A stretch of 63,899 nt of DNA, the filler included, from Folioceros fuciformis (lineage: Eukaryota), in the NCBI GenBank assembly GCA_049999805.1. It is 5 parts of 5 records of this genome, joined end to end, with 100 filler letters (N's around TTAATTAATTAA, not from the genome) between each part and the next. Parts side by side here need not be neighbours in the genome. Positions count along the whole stretch, not along the records: positions 20,786 to 52,039 come from JBNGIO010006333.1; 4 more parts are not named here. One strand, given 5' to 3'. The position numbers were made by a program, and so were the translations under genes. The notes under the pieces were generated by a model. That model did not search any database, was not told where the DNA came from, and was given only the letters and a program-made list of their open reading frames with translations. This document shows, piece after piece, positions 38,764 through 51,215 of this stretch. Numbering within the stretch: position 1 is the first letter of the stretch; each line of letters opens with the position of its first letter.

Positions 38764-40462
38764 ATGGCCACTATGCACTCTACCTCATTTGGATCGTCTG
38801 CGGCAGGGCGTTGCTTTCTCGGTATTGTTTTTGCTTTTACAACGCACATTTCCGTTCCCTGCTTGTCTCTCTCCTGCGGCATGCTGGCTGTTCAGGGGGT
38901 TGGAACTTGTACTTGCGGTGATGGCCTTTCCCTGCAGCAGTGGATTTCAATTGAGGCTCGATTTGCATGTCTTTCTCATGCGAGGAAAGAACTTGTTCAT
39001 ATGGCAGGATGTTCGCAGCCTAAGAAACAGTCACTTCAGGTGGCCAGGTTTCTCAATTCTTGGCCGCGCAGGTTGCATAAGTCTTCCTTCCTCGCTTTTG
39101 GAAGTGGTAGCCTTTTCCGCCAACCGAATCGAATTTCAAGACCCAAAGCACCTTACAGACTAGAAGTGCGAGCTGCGCGGATGGAATCCAAAGCTGTGCC
39201 TCTGACGTCTAGGGCACCGGAATTTGAGGTGGATTAGACTTCGCTCTTCTTGTCTGGCTCAATTGTATCTCGTAGGTGTGCTTTGATCAGTGACACGGAA
39301 CGGGCCATGCAGCTCGAAGAGCCTCTGACGCAGAAAGTGTGGACACTTGAAGATTTTGAAGCATACCCAGCCTTGCTGGTAGGCTTTCCAATCACATTTC
39401 GGTAGCCGTCTGTGGTAAATTATTGTTCCTGGTCATGCGTGAAAATGGCTTACGAAGGCGGTGGTCTCTACAGGTCATGTTCATTTGCAACCACTGCCCT
39501 TTTGTTGTGCACTTGAAAGAAGACCTTGTGAAATTCGCCAATGAGTACATCCCTGTGCGTGTCCTAACCTTTTGCACACTGCCCCAATCTGCATCTGCCA
39601 GTATGACTAGTCTTAAACCGATTGTGGCTTTTGTGGTGCAGAAGAGCTTGGCTGTGGTCGCCATCTCCTCCAATTCTGTGAAGACGCATCCTCAGGTGGG
39701 ACACCGTCTCGTGTCTGCCACATGTCCAAGCACTTTCATCTTTTTGCTGTATTTTGAATATAGGGTTGCCTGGGTGTGTGTACTTCAGGATGGTCCAGAG
39801 TTGATGGCTCAGGAAGCGACACAGTACAAGTACCCCTTTCCCTACCTATACGATAAGGTACGTTTGCTTCTCGAAACGAGACTTGCAGAGCAAACCTGTG
39901 CTTATCCCATTTAAGTACGATCGTGCACTGAGACAATTCCCTGTGGTTTGCAGACTCAAGAAGTTGCAAAAGCCTATGGAGCTGTCTGTACTCCTGATTT
40001 CTTCCTATACAAGAAGGTAGTGTGAAAGGTGGTGATTGGATCGATGGCGCACATTGTTTTTGTGGCCTTTCACCCACGAGTGAAAGATGATTGGCAGGAT
40101 GGAAGACGGCCCTTCGAACTCGCCTACCATGGACGCTTTGATGATTCACGGCCAAGAAGCAGCATACCAATTACTGGCAGGTGATGACTCCGTCTCCATT
40201 CCCAACCTGGCTTGATATGGTACATACTTTAAGGCGTATCCTGCTCTGTTTGCCCTTTACAGAGATTTGAGAGGCGCAGTGGACTGTGTGCTCTCGGGCC
40301 GACCTGTACATATTGCTCAAAATCCCAGGTAAGGAATTTCGACACAGGCTTGAGTTGTCTGGTAAATTTGCACTTGAAGCAGATTGGGCAGCTTAAGATG
40401 ATTAATTCGTCGCGTGGATGTTCTGCAGCATCGGGTGCAGTATCAAGTGGGAGCCCTACTAG
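38764..40462 (+). CDS. Thioredoxin-superfamily AhpC/TSA-type redoxin (At1g21350-like), probable plastid transit peptide
   Basis: Spliced exons: RAPEFE/LEEPLTQKVWTLEDF/VMFICNHCPFV/VVAISSNSVKTHPQ/DGPELM..YPFPYLYD/TQEVAKAYGAVCTPDFFL/YHGRFDDSRP/SIGCSIKWEPY*. Confidence 0.9.
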
Positions 40463-40676
40463 GTTCACCCGCAGGCCGCAACTCCGCGTCAGAAGGGACC
40501 GTGACAAAGCGACGCAGGATCGTCGCTCAAAAACTCACTTGCATCAACCAGTAACTTTGAGGAACTTTGAGTAATTTTGAGAAGAAGACAGGGTAATTGA
40601 GATTTATGGATAGCTGTAAAATTGGTACAGTACAAGACAATATAAACTGGCAGTATTCATCTGAGAACAGGAATCT

Positions 40677-42556
40677 TCAGGAGGTCGGGAGTAGACGCCA
40701 CGATTTATACGAGGACTCTGCCTCTCCTGCACGCATTACTCACGCATGTGTAAGAATTGAATCGAGGAGAGGAAAAAGTAAGGTCATTTCCTGACTGTTA
40801 CCTTTGAAAGAAGGGGACCATTGTGCAGGAACATTGAGGTCCGATTCAACTGCTGCTTTTGCAGCAGCTATGCCGCAGCTCACAGCTTCTAGGACGTGAC
40901 CAGGGCTTTCCGTGAGGACAGAGAGAGCACCGGCCACCAAGCAGTCCCCAGCTCCACTCAAGCTGACAACAGAAGCTGGCAGAGCAGGGAAATGGTACAA
41001 GAAAACTTGTCCTGCACGCCATCCCGGAGGAAGGCTGCGGAGAGGGCGCAAAGTGCAGAGAACTGCACCGTGATGACCCAAGGTTAAGACAACATACTGC
41101 ACGCCTTCAGTCAGCACAGCTCTGATGGCGTGCTGCAGTTCATACATAACAGACTCTACCCTACTGTGAAAAGAAAGCACTGAGTCGCGAGGATGCTTTT
41201 GCGCATCAGAACTGAGAGCTTCAGCCATGGCCACTAGTTCAACCTCATTGGGAGACACGTATGTCATCTGCCAAGCGGTCGACCATGGGTCAGCTACAAA
41301 ACCCAACAAAGGCTCCACCTTCCCAGGGCAACAACGAGGACCAATTCCCAAGCTCCGGTGGGAACTCACATATTTGAGAAGCTTTGCAGCCCGAGTGCAT
41401 TTTGCCACTGACACCGGTTCAAACCAGACAGGAACATTTGCCTCGTACGCCACTGCACAGCCCAAGCTCAAGATATCAGCAGGATGAGCAGTGCATGCAC
41501 AAATGATGAACACAAGTGGTCCTTCAAGGTCTTACTCCTGCAAGTGACTTCCAGAGTCTCTGGAAAAAGATTGGCATCTACCATCACTATCGAAGCAGAC
41601 TTTATGTCCCCAGAAAACTTTCGTATCCATGCTGGAGTGAGGTGTTTCTCCTGAAGCCGAGCACCATGAGCAACGCTTGAGCAGAACAGCCATCAGGCAA
41701 AGTTGAAATTCATGCTCTGCAAGCTCTGAAGGAAGGAACTTACAACTGTCTGCACGTCTGCCACAGCCGCTTGTAATTCCCCTTGCCTGTCAAACACGGC
41801 AGACACAACGGGTGTCGAAGCTCCTGCATATCTGCAAATTCCTGCACCACCCTTCCCCCCCCCCCACCCCCCACCCCATTTCAGAGATATGCCACTCCCT
41901 GCGTTCCAAACCCACTCTGCAGAGAGAGAGACTTCAGTGCACGTGCATTACCGTCCACCGACAGCCCAAGTGACCTCCAATGAGCGACAAGCTCATCCCC
42001 TGCACCCAACTCCCATCAACACACACACATTCTGCACCCAGGGTTACAAGAACGAGTAAAACCCTCCCCTGTCTGACCGCACACCTGCCATGTCCTCCCC
42101 AACCACACTGATAAGAAGGGGCTTAGAATTCAGCCGAGCCATACACTCCGCAACGTTCCTCCCAACTCCACCCCGGTGATACAGCACCTGCGCAAGGGCA
42201 CCGTCCAGTCAGCCTGCCCTGCAGCTCTCCCTTGACAACAGTGAAAAATCTCTTGCATGCTCACCCGGCCAGGTGTTGTGGTGCCAGGTAACAGCTGGCC
42301 AGAACCAGGCTTAGCGTGTATGTCCAGAACCATAGCCCCGACCACCACGGGAATCCTTGGTTCCAGCTGCAGCCCATCCGCGCCCTCGATGGCCTGCAGT
42401 TGCAGCTGTCACTCTCATTGTCATAGGGATGTCGCTCGTCATAGACATGCATAAATTCAGCAGGCCCCGAGGGCTCCCTCTCACCGTGCACTTCGAGGGT
42501 GAAGCTGACGTGCAAAGGTGGCGTGCGATCACGCTTACCCGCTTGCTACTGCCCAT
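40677..42556 (-). CDS. PUKI: PfkB-family pseudouridine kinase (multi-exon)
   Basis: PVVVGAMVLDIHAKP..GTTTPG/..GGVGRNVAEC; MVDANL; VWFEPVSVAK; SPNEVEL; VLTLGHHG; SLSGAGDCLVAG (PfkB signature). Confidence 0.85.
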
Positions 42557-43748
42557 CGTGTCCTGAAAGCATGCCTGCACAAAGCCATCCCTCTGTGACC
42601 ACGGTTTTGAAATCGGGAAGTTAGAATAACCCATAGTTTTGGGATAACGTGTACCACCTGCTATATATTCGCAGTTATTATTCGAATTGTTGGCCTTCCT
42701 GTTCAAGCCTTGGTTCCGTGTGCTCCTGCCCCGGGGCTTTGGTAGGGCGGCGTGGGCATCCTGACAACTGTTACCCCTGTGGGCGGTGCTCCTTGTGGCT
42801 GACTAACTTTAGTCATCTTGACGGATCAGGGGTAGATATTCTTGAAAGTCAACCTTCCGCAAAGTGGGAGAATGCAGTGGAAATCCACCTGTTAGGGTGT
42901 GAGCTAGGGAGTTCAAGCTCCCGTCTGAAAAGATGACCTCTGGTAAGAGTCTTCGAAGTGGAGTTAAGGGCCCTTACCCTCCCGAGGGTTCCCTCGAAGT
43001 CGTCTCTATTGGACGTGTAGCCCAAGGATGCATACCTGCAAAGTAAACCCGACCCTGAGGCAAGAGAATCCGACCAAGACGATGGAAATGCCACTCTTAC
43101 TTTTGATGTCGTAAGAGAGGCTGCCAGTAGCACGGCGCACACTGCCTGGCACCCTTTGGAAGTCAGTTTGGCAGTCACTGGTCGCATTTTTGACGACTGG
43201 TTTAGAGCTGTTCGGGAGAGGCAGTCACTGGTGGCATCGTCGACAACTGGTATATTGCGGCACTGCGGGAGAGGTTTCGTGACCTGCTGGTGCTGTCAAG
43301 ACATTACCCCATATTGCCGCGATATGGTACTTGCTGTATTATATTTAGAGGTTTCTCACATTTGCAATTGGCCCTCCTCTTGAAGTCCGGGTGTATGGAG
43401 AGTGTCTGTACTGGGCGCTCCCCGCGAGCTGGATCAACGCCAGCTCGTTACGTGGGCACATGTCTGCGGTTTCGTCGGAAATCAGAAAACCTACAAGGTC
43501 ACTAATTTCCGCGGAGTTAACCCCCAATTCCGGATCGATTCGGATTCATCGCGGCCAGCGATGTCGCGGGGCACATCTTCGCACATCGCGAAGGGTGATG
43601 CACCCTGGACAGTGGAAGGGCCACCCCCACTCACAATCAATTTTGGACGATGAAACACTCTAGCTTTATTCCTTTGAAAAGGCAGACTGCCTGTGGCATC
43701 TCGGTAGGTACATATATTGGCGCTTCGCAGACAATTTCAGGCGATGGG

Positions 43749-43833
43749 CAAGTTCTGGTTTGCGCTTGAGCGAATTTGGGGAAAGGTCAAGTTCTGGTTT
43801 GCGCTTGAGCGAATTTGGGGAAAGGTCAAGTTC
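43749..43833. repeat. Perfect 39-bp tandem duplication
   Basis: CAAGTTCTGGTTTGCGCTTGAGCGAATTTGGGGAAAGGT x2 plus a partial third CAAGTTC. Confidence 0.92.
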
Positions 43834-44979
43834 CAGATTCCACCAAACCGACTGACACTGGGAAAAAGTACCTCCACATTTACAACCGTGGCTGATGCCT
43901 GCAGTTGGAATCGATCTACCAAATTATAAGGGCAGAGATACATCCCCCCTAGTGCGTAAGCAACAAATATTATTACTAATATTCGCACAGAAAGCAACAG
44001 ATATTGGCAAAATATTAGTAACTGACATGATTCCCTCGCTGTACAGTCTCTCCACATGTTGTTACACTCAATCGCTTAACTCTCTGAGCAGCCTCCTGAT
44101 GTTGTTAGACTCAACCGGTAAGCTGTCCGAGTCTGGATGCTTTAGGGCAGCACAACGGCACCCACCTATGAAACCCGTTTGGATGCATGTGGAGGTCAAA
44201 CGGTGGCTTCGAATGAGACCTTGCCCCTTAAATCTCGTGTAAGATCTTGTCTGGCAGTGATCGGAGTCGAATTACTGGCCAAGTGGCAGTGGTGCAGAGC
44301 ACTTCGAGAATGCACGGGGCAGCGGAGATAGTAAGCTCATGTAAGCTCCTCAGCTCACTGGCATCTTCTGTATGCAGTTCTGCTAGCCTTCCTGGAAAAT
44401 TCTGAGCGCACTCAGTCCCCGTGAAATTCGTCTCGATTCTTCACTCCCACTTTCTCTGAGTTGAGAGGCAGCTCTCAGAGCTGAGACTATAGCTCGCCAG
44501 TGGAACAATAGATAGCAGTCCATCGGAACGTCACACTGTCCCATCTTCACATTTGCGACACGTCAAGATACTTCCCCGCCCACTAACCATGACTGCGACA
44601 CCACATCATTGACCGTGTCCCGGCATGCACAGTCCCGACGACGCGGTGGCACACCTGGAGACGGCTCTCGCCTCCTTGCGAGTGTAGTTTTGCTCGTCTT
44701 TGAGAGGCTATTTGGGGGCTCTATCAACACAGGCTGCTCTGAATGCCTTGCCGCTCAGTCGCTCAACCATCAGCAACAAACTGCATGCCGCTCTTGCCCG
44801 TTCAGGAAAGGCCCTCAGGCCCTTTGACAGGACTGAACTCATTCCTTGCTCGCTTGTTCTCCGCATCAAGAAACCAGCCTGAAACGTCTGCTGCGGTTGC
44901 GCAACTGGACCCCGAAACCAGCCAATCAACACAGGCACTTAACTCTGTTCACTTCTACTCAGCGCGGCGGTCCAGGACA

Positions 44980-46130
44980 AGGACATGTCTCCTGGTCCTG
45001 CTCCTGTGGAAGCAACTGTCCTGCGCCGCCGGGCCAACCATGCCCCCGCTAGCGTTGCTCCCCGTTCCCACCGCCAGGCAGCTCAGGTTCCGGCGCCGGG
45101 AGATGGCCATGTTCCTGCACTTCGGGATGAACACCTTCACGGACTCCGAGGTCGGGAGCGGGGAGGAGGACCCACGGACCTTCAATCCTCCTCCCGGCGT
45201 GGACCCGGACACAGTGGGTGCGCACCGCCAAGAACGCTGGCTTCCACATACCATTGGTGATCTTTACGGCCAAACACCACGACGGCTTCTGCCTCTGGCC
45301 CATGGGCTTCTCCAACCACTCGGTGCAGCACTCCCCGTGGGAGGCGGGACGCGGCGGCCTGGTACGCCTGGTGGCAGACGCGGCCAGGTGCCACGGTCTC
45401 GCACTAGGGCTCTACCTCTCCCCCGGGACCGGCACGACACGAGAGGAGCTAAGCGGAGCCACGGGCCGATCAATGGTCCATGATCAACCGCTCCAGCCTC
45501 GCCATCGGAGCGGCGGACGGGGAATACCTCATCGTCGGGGACGAAGACGGCACCGACTGGGCTCTCTCGAGCGCAATGTGTCCCTCAGGCTCGGCTGGTT
45601 CTGGCAAGTCGGCCGAAGCCCCAAGCCGCTCCCCGCCCTTCTCTCCATGTACTACAAGTCGGTGGGACGGAACTGCGGGCTGGTCCTCAACGTGCCTCCC
45701 AACAAGCACGGGGTCTTGCGCAAGGACGACGTCCGTGCCGTCCAGGAGCTGGGATCCGCCGTCCGCTCCATCTTCGCCTCCAATCTTGCTGCTTCAGTTA
45801 ACGCCACCGCCTACATCGCGAGGCCGGGGCTTCAATTCCAGTCCGAGCAGGTGCTGACGGAGGACCTCGCAACCTACTGGGCTGCGGACGTGCCCTCCTC
45901 TGCTGGATCTGTACTTGAGCTCCAGTTGGCCTTGGCCAAGTTCTTCAATGTCGCCGTGATCCAAGAGCCCGTGGCTTTGGGCCAGCCCGTGAAGCGCTTC
46001 CGCATCCGGGTTAGGGCTGATGTGAGCGACGCCAGTTGGACCACGCCGTCTGCTACCAGAGCCTGGTGATGTTCCCGGTCTTGGAAGCAAAGCTCGTCCA
46101 GCTAACTATCGAGGAAGCCCGGGGCTGCCC
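44980..46130 (+). pseudogene. GH29 alpha-L-fucosidase (AtFUC1-like) pseudogene
   Basis: PVPTARQL..EMAMFLHFGMNTFTDSE; TAKHHDGFCLWP; GLYLSP/DRH; VSLRLGWFW; YYKSVGRNCGLVLNVPPN. Frameshifts near 45211, 45425 and 45570; catalytic core missing. Confidence 0.88.
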
Positions 46131-47368
46131 CTCAATGGGGTACCTGGATCGTGAGCCGTGACGACGTTGCTGGACACTCTGCATTGTCATGATGTCCCTT
46201 CAGGATGATGAAACTGATGAAGCGGACGAGTCTTCGTCAGTAGTTGTTAGAAAAAACGCTTGCTATTCCTACGTCATCGTGATCTGAACACGAAAACGAT
46301 GTCACGATGGGATAACAGGGACACAAGGGTTGCATGTAACACTTGCCGGTTTAGGTTTCGGGCAGCGCACACCTGGTTACATTGGTGGCGGGAGCAGGGA
46401 GGGCGACCACGACCGCGCACCGGCAGCAGTCGGTAGGAGGCTGGAAGGCGACAACATGTACATTGTCAGCAGGAGCCTGTACGAGATGTCTCAGGAGCTA
46501 GTGATGGAAGGGAGCCTTGGAGAAGGAGATGACCGCTGCGTCATAGACGCGATATACAACGTACCGCAACAGGCAACAGCTGACGTCCCACTAGACGCTA
46601 ACAAGTAAAACGACAGTCATTGAGAAGATGGATCAAGCGACAGTAGCTGCCTGTTGTCGGGGAGTCGACCTCAGCGAAACTGCGAAACTGGTAGGTGAGC
46701 GGGCAAACATCACAGGAGCTGGCAGCTGCAGCTCCGATTGAATGTTCCACATTTTACGAGACCTGCTGGCCACGCTGATGCGAGGGAAGCTTCACGCAAC
46801 AGCCGTGGATTTGGTTTCCATAACCAAATGTGGATAGTAGAGAGCTTCTTCTCCTGTGTCCATGGCTGCTGATGACACCGAACGCAAGACAGCGAGACCT
46901 CAACAGTGTTGCAACCTCCATCCCTGTCCCGGAAGGTCCCGATGCACACGAGGGCCAACGCCGTTTGCGTGTCCTCCCCCTCTTGGCTCGCCGTCTCAGC
47001 CACAGTGCAAGATGTGAGACATAAATCCGAGCTTGCCGCTACTGTGCTGACGCTGATCCACAACTCCTTCCGCCGCATCCTGCAGCCCTATGTAAGCCCG
47101 GTACGTATGCTGGAACTGCCAGAGCACTCCGCTATCGGAAGCATTGCTCAGACCGGTACACCTGCAACTCGAGTTTTTAGGTTGCGTGCATGAGCGTGTG
47201 GATTGTGAGCCACCAGATCTTGGCCATCCAAATTAATCCATTCCCGCCATAGCTGGAGGTCGCATCATCGAGAGCCGGGGATACAACCACTCGCTAAGAA
47301 CTCGGTCGCATCGCATAGGATTGGAGAAGATCAGGCTCGCTTCCGGGAAATTCATCAAGAAACTCTCG

Positions 47369-48982
47369 ATGAAGATTATCGAGCTGCTGCGCCTGCTGCT
47401 GCCGCTTTTCCTGGCGTGGTGCGCGCCCGGGGCTGGGCAGGGGGGCAGCTGGGAGCTGCTTGTGGAAAATGCGGGGATCTCGTCCATGCACACAACGGTG
47501 ACGAGGTTCGGGAACGTGGTGATGCTGGACCGCACCGACGTCGGGGCGTCGCAAATCCAGCTTCCGGCGGGCGTGTGCCGGGACAACCCTAACGATCAGT
47601 CGCTTCAGCACGACTGCACGGCGCACTCGGTGCTCTTCTCCCCGGGCGCCAACAACGCCATCCGGCCGCTCTTCGTCTACACCGACACATGGTGCTCGTC
47701 GGGGCAGTTCTTCGCAGACGGGACCCTCTGGCAGACGGGCGGGGACAACGACGGTCTGAACCGCGTGCGCACCTTCACCCCGTGCGCGGATGGCGGCAAC
47801 TGCGACTGGCAGGAGCGGGACGACGTCTACCTGCAGGACGGCCGCTGGTACGCCTCCAACCAGCTGCTACCGGACGGGACGCAGATCGTGGTGGGCGGCC
47901 GCTCGGTGTCGACGCTGGAGTACATTCCGGCCAACGGGCGCGGCAAGGTGTATGTGGATCTCCTCCAGCGCTCCCAGGACTCGCAGTCCGACAACATGTA
48001 CCCTTACGTGCACCTCCTCCCCAACGGCCAGCTCTTCATCTTCGCCAACCAGGACTCCATCATCTACGACTGGACCTCCGACACCGTGGTCCGCGACCTC
48101 CCGACGCTGCAGGGCGGCCCCCGGAATTATCCTTCGGCGGGATCCTCCGTGCTCCTGCCACTGGTGGCCAGCAACGGCTTCTGGGATGCGCAGGTGGTGG
48201 TGTGCGGGGGCGCGGCCTCCGGCGCTTACTCCAACCCGTCGGCACAGCTCCCGGCCGACGACTCCTGTGGGCGTATCTCCCCGCTGGCCACCGACCCGGA
48301 GTGGGAGATGGACACGATGCCCATCCGTCGAACCATGGGCGACATGGTCCTCCTCCCCACACGGGACGTGCTCATCATCAACGGCGCCGTGACGGGATCG
48401 CAGGGTTGGGAGAACGCGCAGAACCCGGCACTCACTCCTGTACTGTACCAGCCGAGCGCGCCTCTAGGATCGCGCTTCTCCACGCTCACCGACGCCACCG
48501 TCCCGCGGCTCTACCACTCCACGGCAAACCTGCTTCCCGATGGCCGGGTCCTGATCGCCGGCTCCAACCCCCACCAGTACTACACGTTCAACGTCCAGTT
48601 TTCCACCGAGCTCCGCGTGGAGGCCTTCTCCCCCGACTACCTGGATGGTCGCCACGCGGGTGCCAAACCCTACATCGCCTACGCCCCGGACCATGTCGGG
48701 TACGGAGCCATCTTCACAGTGCTTTTCACCACTGGCTCCGGGGCCGCGCCGGCCAGCATCGAGGTGAACCTCATGAGCGCGCCCTTCGCCACGCATTCCT
48801 TCTCCATGGGCCAGCGCCTGCTGCATCTCGAGGTCGGCGACCCCCGGCCCGGTGATGGCGGCAGCTTCTTGGTCGACGCCACCTCGCCGCCCAACGCCAA
48901 CATCGCCCCGTCCACCTACTACATGCTCTTCGTGGTGGGAGACGGAGTGCCGAGCACTGCGGTCTGGATTCACATGGCATAA
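47369..48982 (+). CDS. GLOX: Secreted glyoxal/aldehyde oxidase (copper radical oxidase, AA5-like), intronless
   Basis: ATG at 47369 with signal peptide; GISSMH; DCTAHS; TDTWCSSG (Cys); RWYASN (Tyr); PRLYHS (Tyr-His); IAGSNP; FATHSFSMGQR (His). Cofactor and copper-ligand positions are present. Confidence 0.94.
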   Translation: MKIIELLRLLLPLFLAWCAPGAGQGGSWELLVENAGISSMHTTVTRFGNVVMLDRTDVGASQIQLPAGVCRDNPNDQSLQHDCTAHSVLFSPGANNAIRPLFVYTDTWCSSGQFFADGTLWQTGGDNDGLNRVRTFTPCADGGNCDWQERDDVYLQDGRWYASNQLLPDGTQIVVGGRSVSTLEYIPANGRGKVYVDLLQRSQDSQSDNMYPYVHLLPNGQLFIFANQDSIIYDWTSDTVVRDLPTLQGGPRNYPSAGSSVLLPLVASNGFWDAQVVVCGGAASGAYSNPSAQLPADDSCGRISPLATDPEWEMDTMPIRRTMGDMVLLPTRDVLIINGAVTGSQGWENAQNPALTPVLYQPSAPLGSRFSTLTDATVPRLYHSTANLLPDGRVLIAGSNPHQYYTFNVQFSTELRVEAFSPDYLDGRHAGAKPYIAYAPDHVGYGAIFTVLFTTGSGAAPASIEVNLMSAPFATHSFSMGQRLLHLEVGDPRPGDGGSFLVDATSPPNANIAPSTYYMLFVVGDGVPSTAVWIHMA

Positions 48983-49156
48983 CCCCAGCTTCTCGTTGCA
49001 GTCTCATGGTAAAAGGCTCAAACCCGTAGTGTGTAAGCCGCCTTCGGTGGTGGTAGCCAGAAATTTATCTACAATTCGTATCATACCTTGATTACTATCT
49101 ACGCACCTAGTCTAATTGGATTGAATGATAATCAAGCACGGATTTGCGAGAACGTG

Positions 49157-51215
49157 CTATCCGAAATTTGTAAGAACCTTGCGGGTGAAATGATCGCCGT
49201 ACACCACAGGGACCAGGCTAGGGTCCTTCCCCTTCTCACCCACGCAGCAGAAGTCCAGAGGTTCCACAAGAGCGTCGAAATTGGGCTGCCATGAGCACAA
49301 TTTGTACAGCAGATACGAATGGTGTTTGTGTGAGGAACAGCAGTGGCTAGGTAGTTGCTTACCTCGTAGAAGAAGGGGACAGATACCCGGTATTTGGTGT
49401 TGGCGTTCATTACGCGGTGTACGGTTGAACGATATAGTCCATTGCTCCAGATCTAAGTATCACCACACCATAGGTTACCTGTATTGGTAAAACAGAAGTG
49501 CACCGACTTCGAAACTATGACGGGATATGGGGAGCTTACCTTGAGCATGTCACCAATGTTGACAACGAACGTTCCTGGTATAGGATGAGCCCACACCCAC
49601 TCGCCATCTTGGGTCTTCACCTGTGGGATACTGGAGTTGGTGTTGCTCGGGACGTGGTGTAGCTGCGTGAAGACTGGAAGAACAGAGGACGACATACCTG
49701 GAGTGCTGACAAATCCGTGTCCTGGTTGACTAGAGTGAGCAAGCCTGCGGCCAACCATTCAGCTACTGAGGTATGAGGTGGGTTCTTCTTAGAAAGAACC
49801 AGACAAAACGGAAAGGAATGGCCACAGTACCGTAATCGGTGTGCTCCCCACTGTTATCGTGCCCCCACCCCATCCGGCAACAAGCACCACAGGATGCTGG
49901 TTAGTGATTGACTACGTACATAGGCTACAGCAAAGCTCTTCAGTATCAACTCTGTAAAGTAGTTAGGCGCACAGAAAGTAGACCAGCCAATCTCAGCATC
50001 GTCGTGCTCAACAGGTTTGTGAGCCGGGGGATAGCCGATCACCCTTAAGATCCAAAAGGGATCTCCTCCTCTTTCACCTTCGAACGCGTCTTTAGGGCCG
50101 CCCAGTGCAAGAGCTATGCCCTGCATGATTTTCCTTCCCAGCTCTGCTCAACAACAGTGAGTGTGCCATCAGTTTAGAATACCTCTACTACTACTGCGGC
50201 TCGTTTCCACCTTTCGAAGGTGTCGATACGACCTTTCAGTTTAGTCAGATACTCTTCCACGACGGGTCGAAATGAGGCTGGCTGATCCGGCCTGGTCGGG
50301 ACACACGAACCACACAGGTACAGGAGTTAGCTCACAAATTTAGCCTTGCAGCCGTGGACCGTAACTCGCCATGTTGGAGGCACATGCTGACCACTGATTA
50401 GAACCGTAACAGGGATGTTGAGGTGTGGAAGCAGAGACGTGAGGCACCAGCTCCCTGAAAAACTGCAAGCCATGGCCAACAGGTTACAGCACATAACAGC
50501 CGCTGGTGCTTTAGGAGAAGTGGATACACTTTTCACACCAAATCCGCAATCCGCAATCCCTGGAAGGCACTCACATCAACAGCCTCGTGAAAGTCAGGCT
50601 GCCCCTTGGTGATGTTCTCCCCCAGTTTCTGGTAACCCCTGGCTTCATTCCAGCCAACACAAAAGCACGCTGACGCTCAGCAAATCTCACAACAGAAGCA
50701 TCCATGCCCGCTGCCAGTCTATAACTCCCACTCACGTCACCTGTAAAAGGTAGAACTGCTCATCTTGATACAAAACTTGTCTTCCTCAGGAAACCCGAAA
50801 AAGGCTCTACTCAAATCCAGAACCCTTTGCATCAACTCCGTGGAAATCCCATGTCCTTTCTGACCACCACAGACAGGAAGGGGACAAGGATCAAGATCCA
50901 ACGCCCCTCCGCACACCCGAAAACCCCCAGCTGACTTAGCCCATACCACGTAGAAAAACCCAATTCTCCTGCACGCCTCATCCAGCTGCTTCACAACTGC
51001 TCTCACTTCCGCGTCTCCCTCCACACACGAATCCCCCAACTTCCCAACCAATGGGCTCACATCTGCGGGCAGACACACGACGGTAAAAAGCCCAAAAAGG
51101 CCACAACCCGATTCCCACCACGGCCACACCGCCACGACAACAGCAAGCAAACGACCAAGCTGGCCACAACGGCACCGGTTTTACCGATCACGGGGATGAC
51201 TTCTCCCATTCCCAT
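49157..51215 (-). CDS. 2-oxoglutarate/Fe(II) dioxygenase, Din11/At3g50210-like (multi-exon)
   Basis: MGMGEVIPVI/DVSPLV..LDEACRRIGFFYV/KGHGIS/GYQKLGENITKGQPDFHEAVD/..DPFWILRVIGYP/GEHTDYG/VVNIGDMLK/IWSNGLYRSTVHRV..RVSVPFFYE/PNFD..KVLTNFG*. HxD..H and RxS motifs intact. Confidence 0.9.

Noticed and set aside
47689-48973. Long alternative-frame and antisense ORFs over GLOX (388, 200 and 169 aa)
   Set aside because: Shadow ORFs caused by very high GC at third codon positions; no recognisable motifs.
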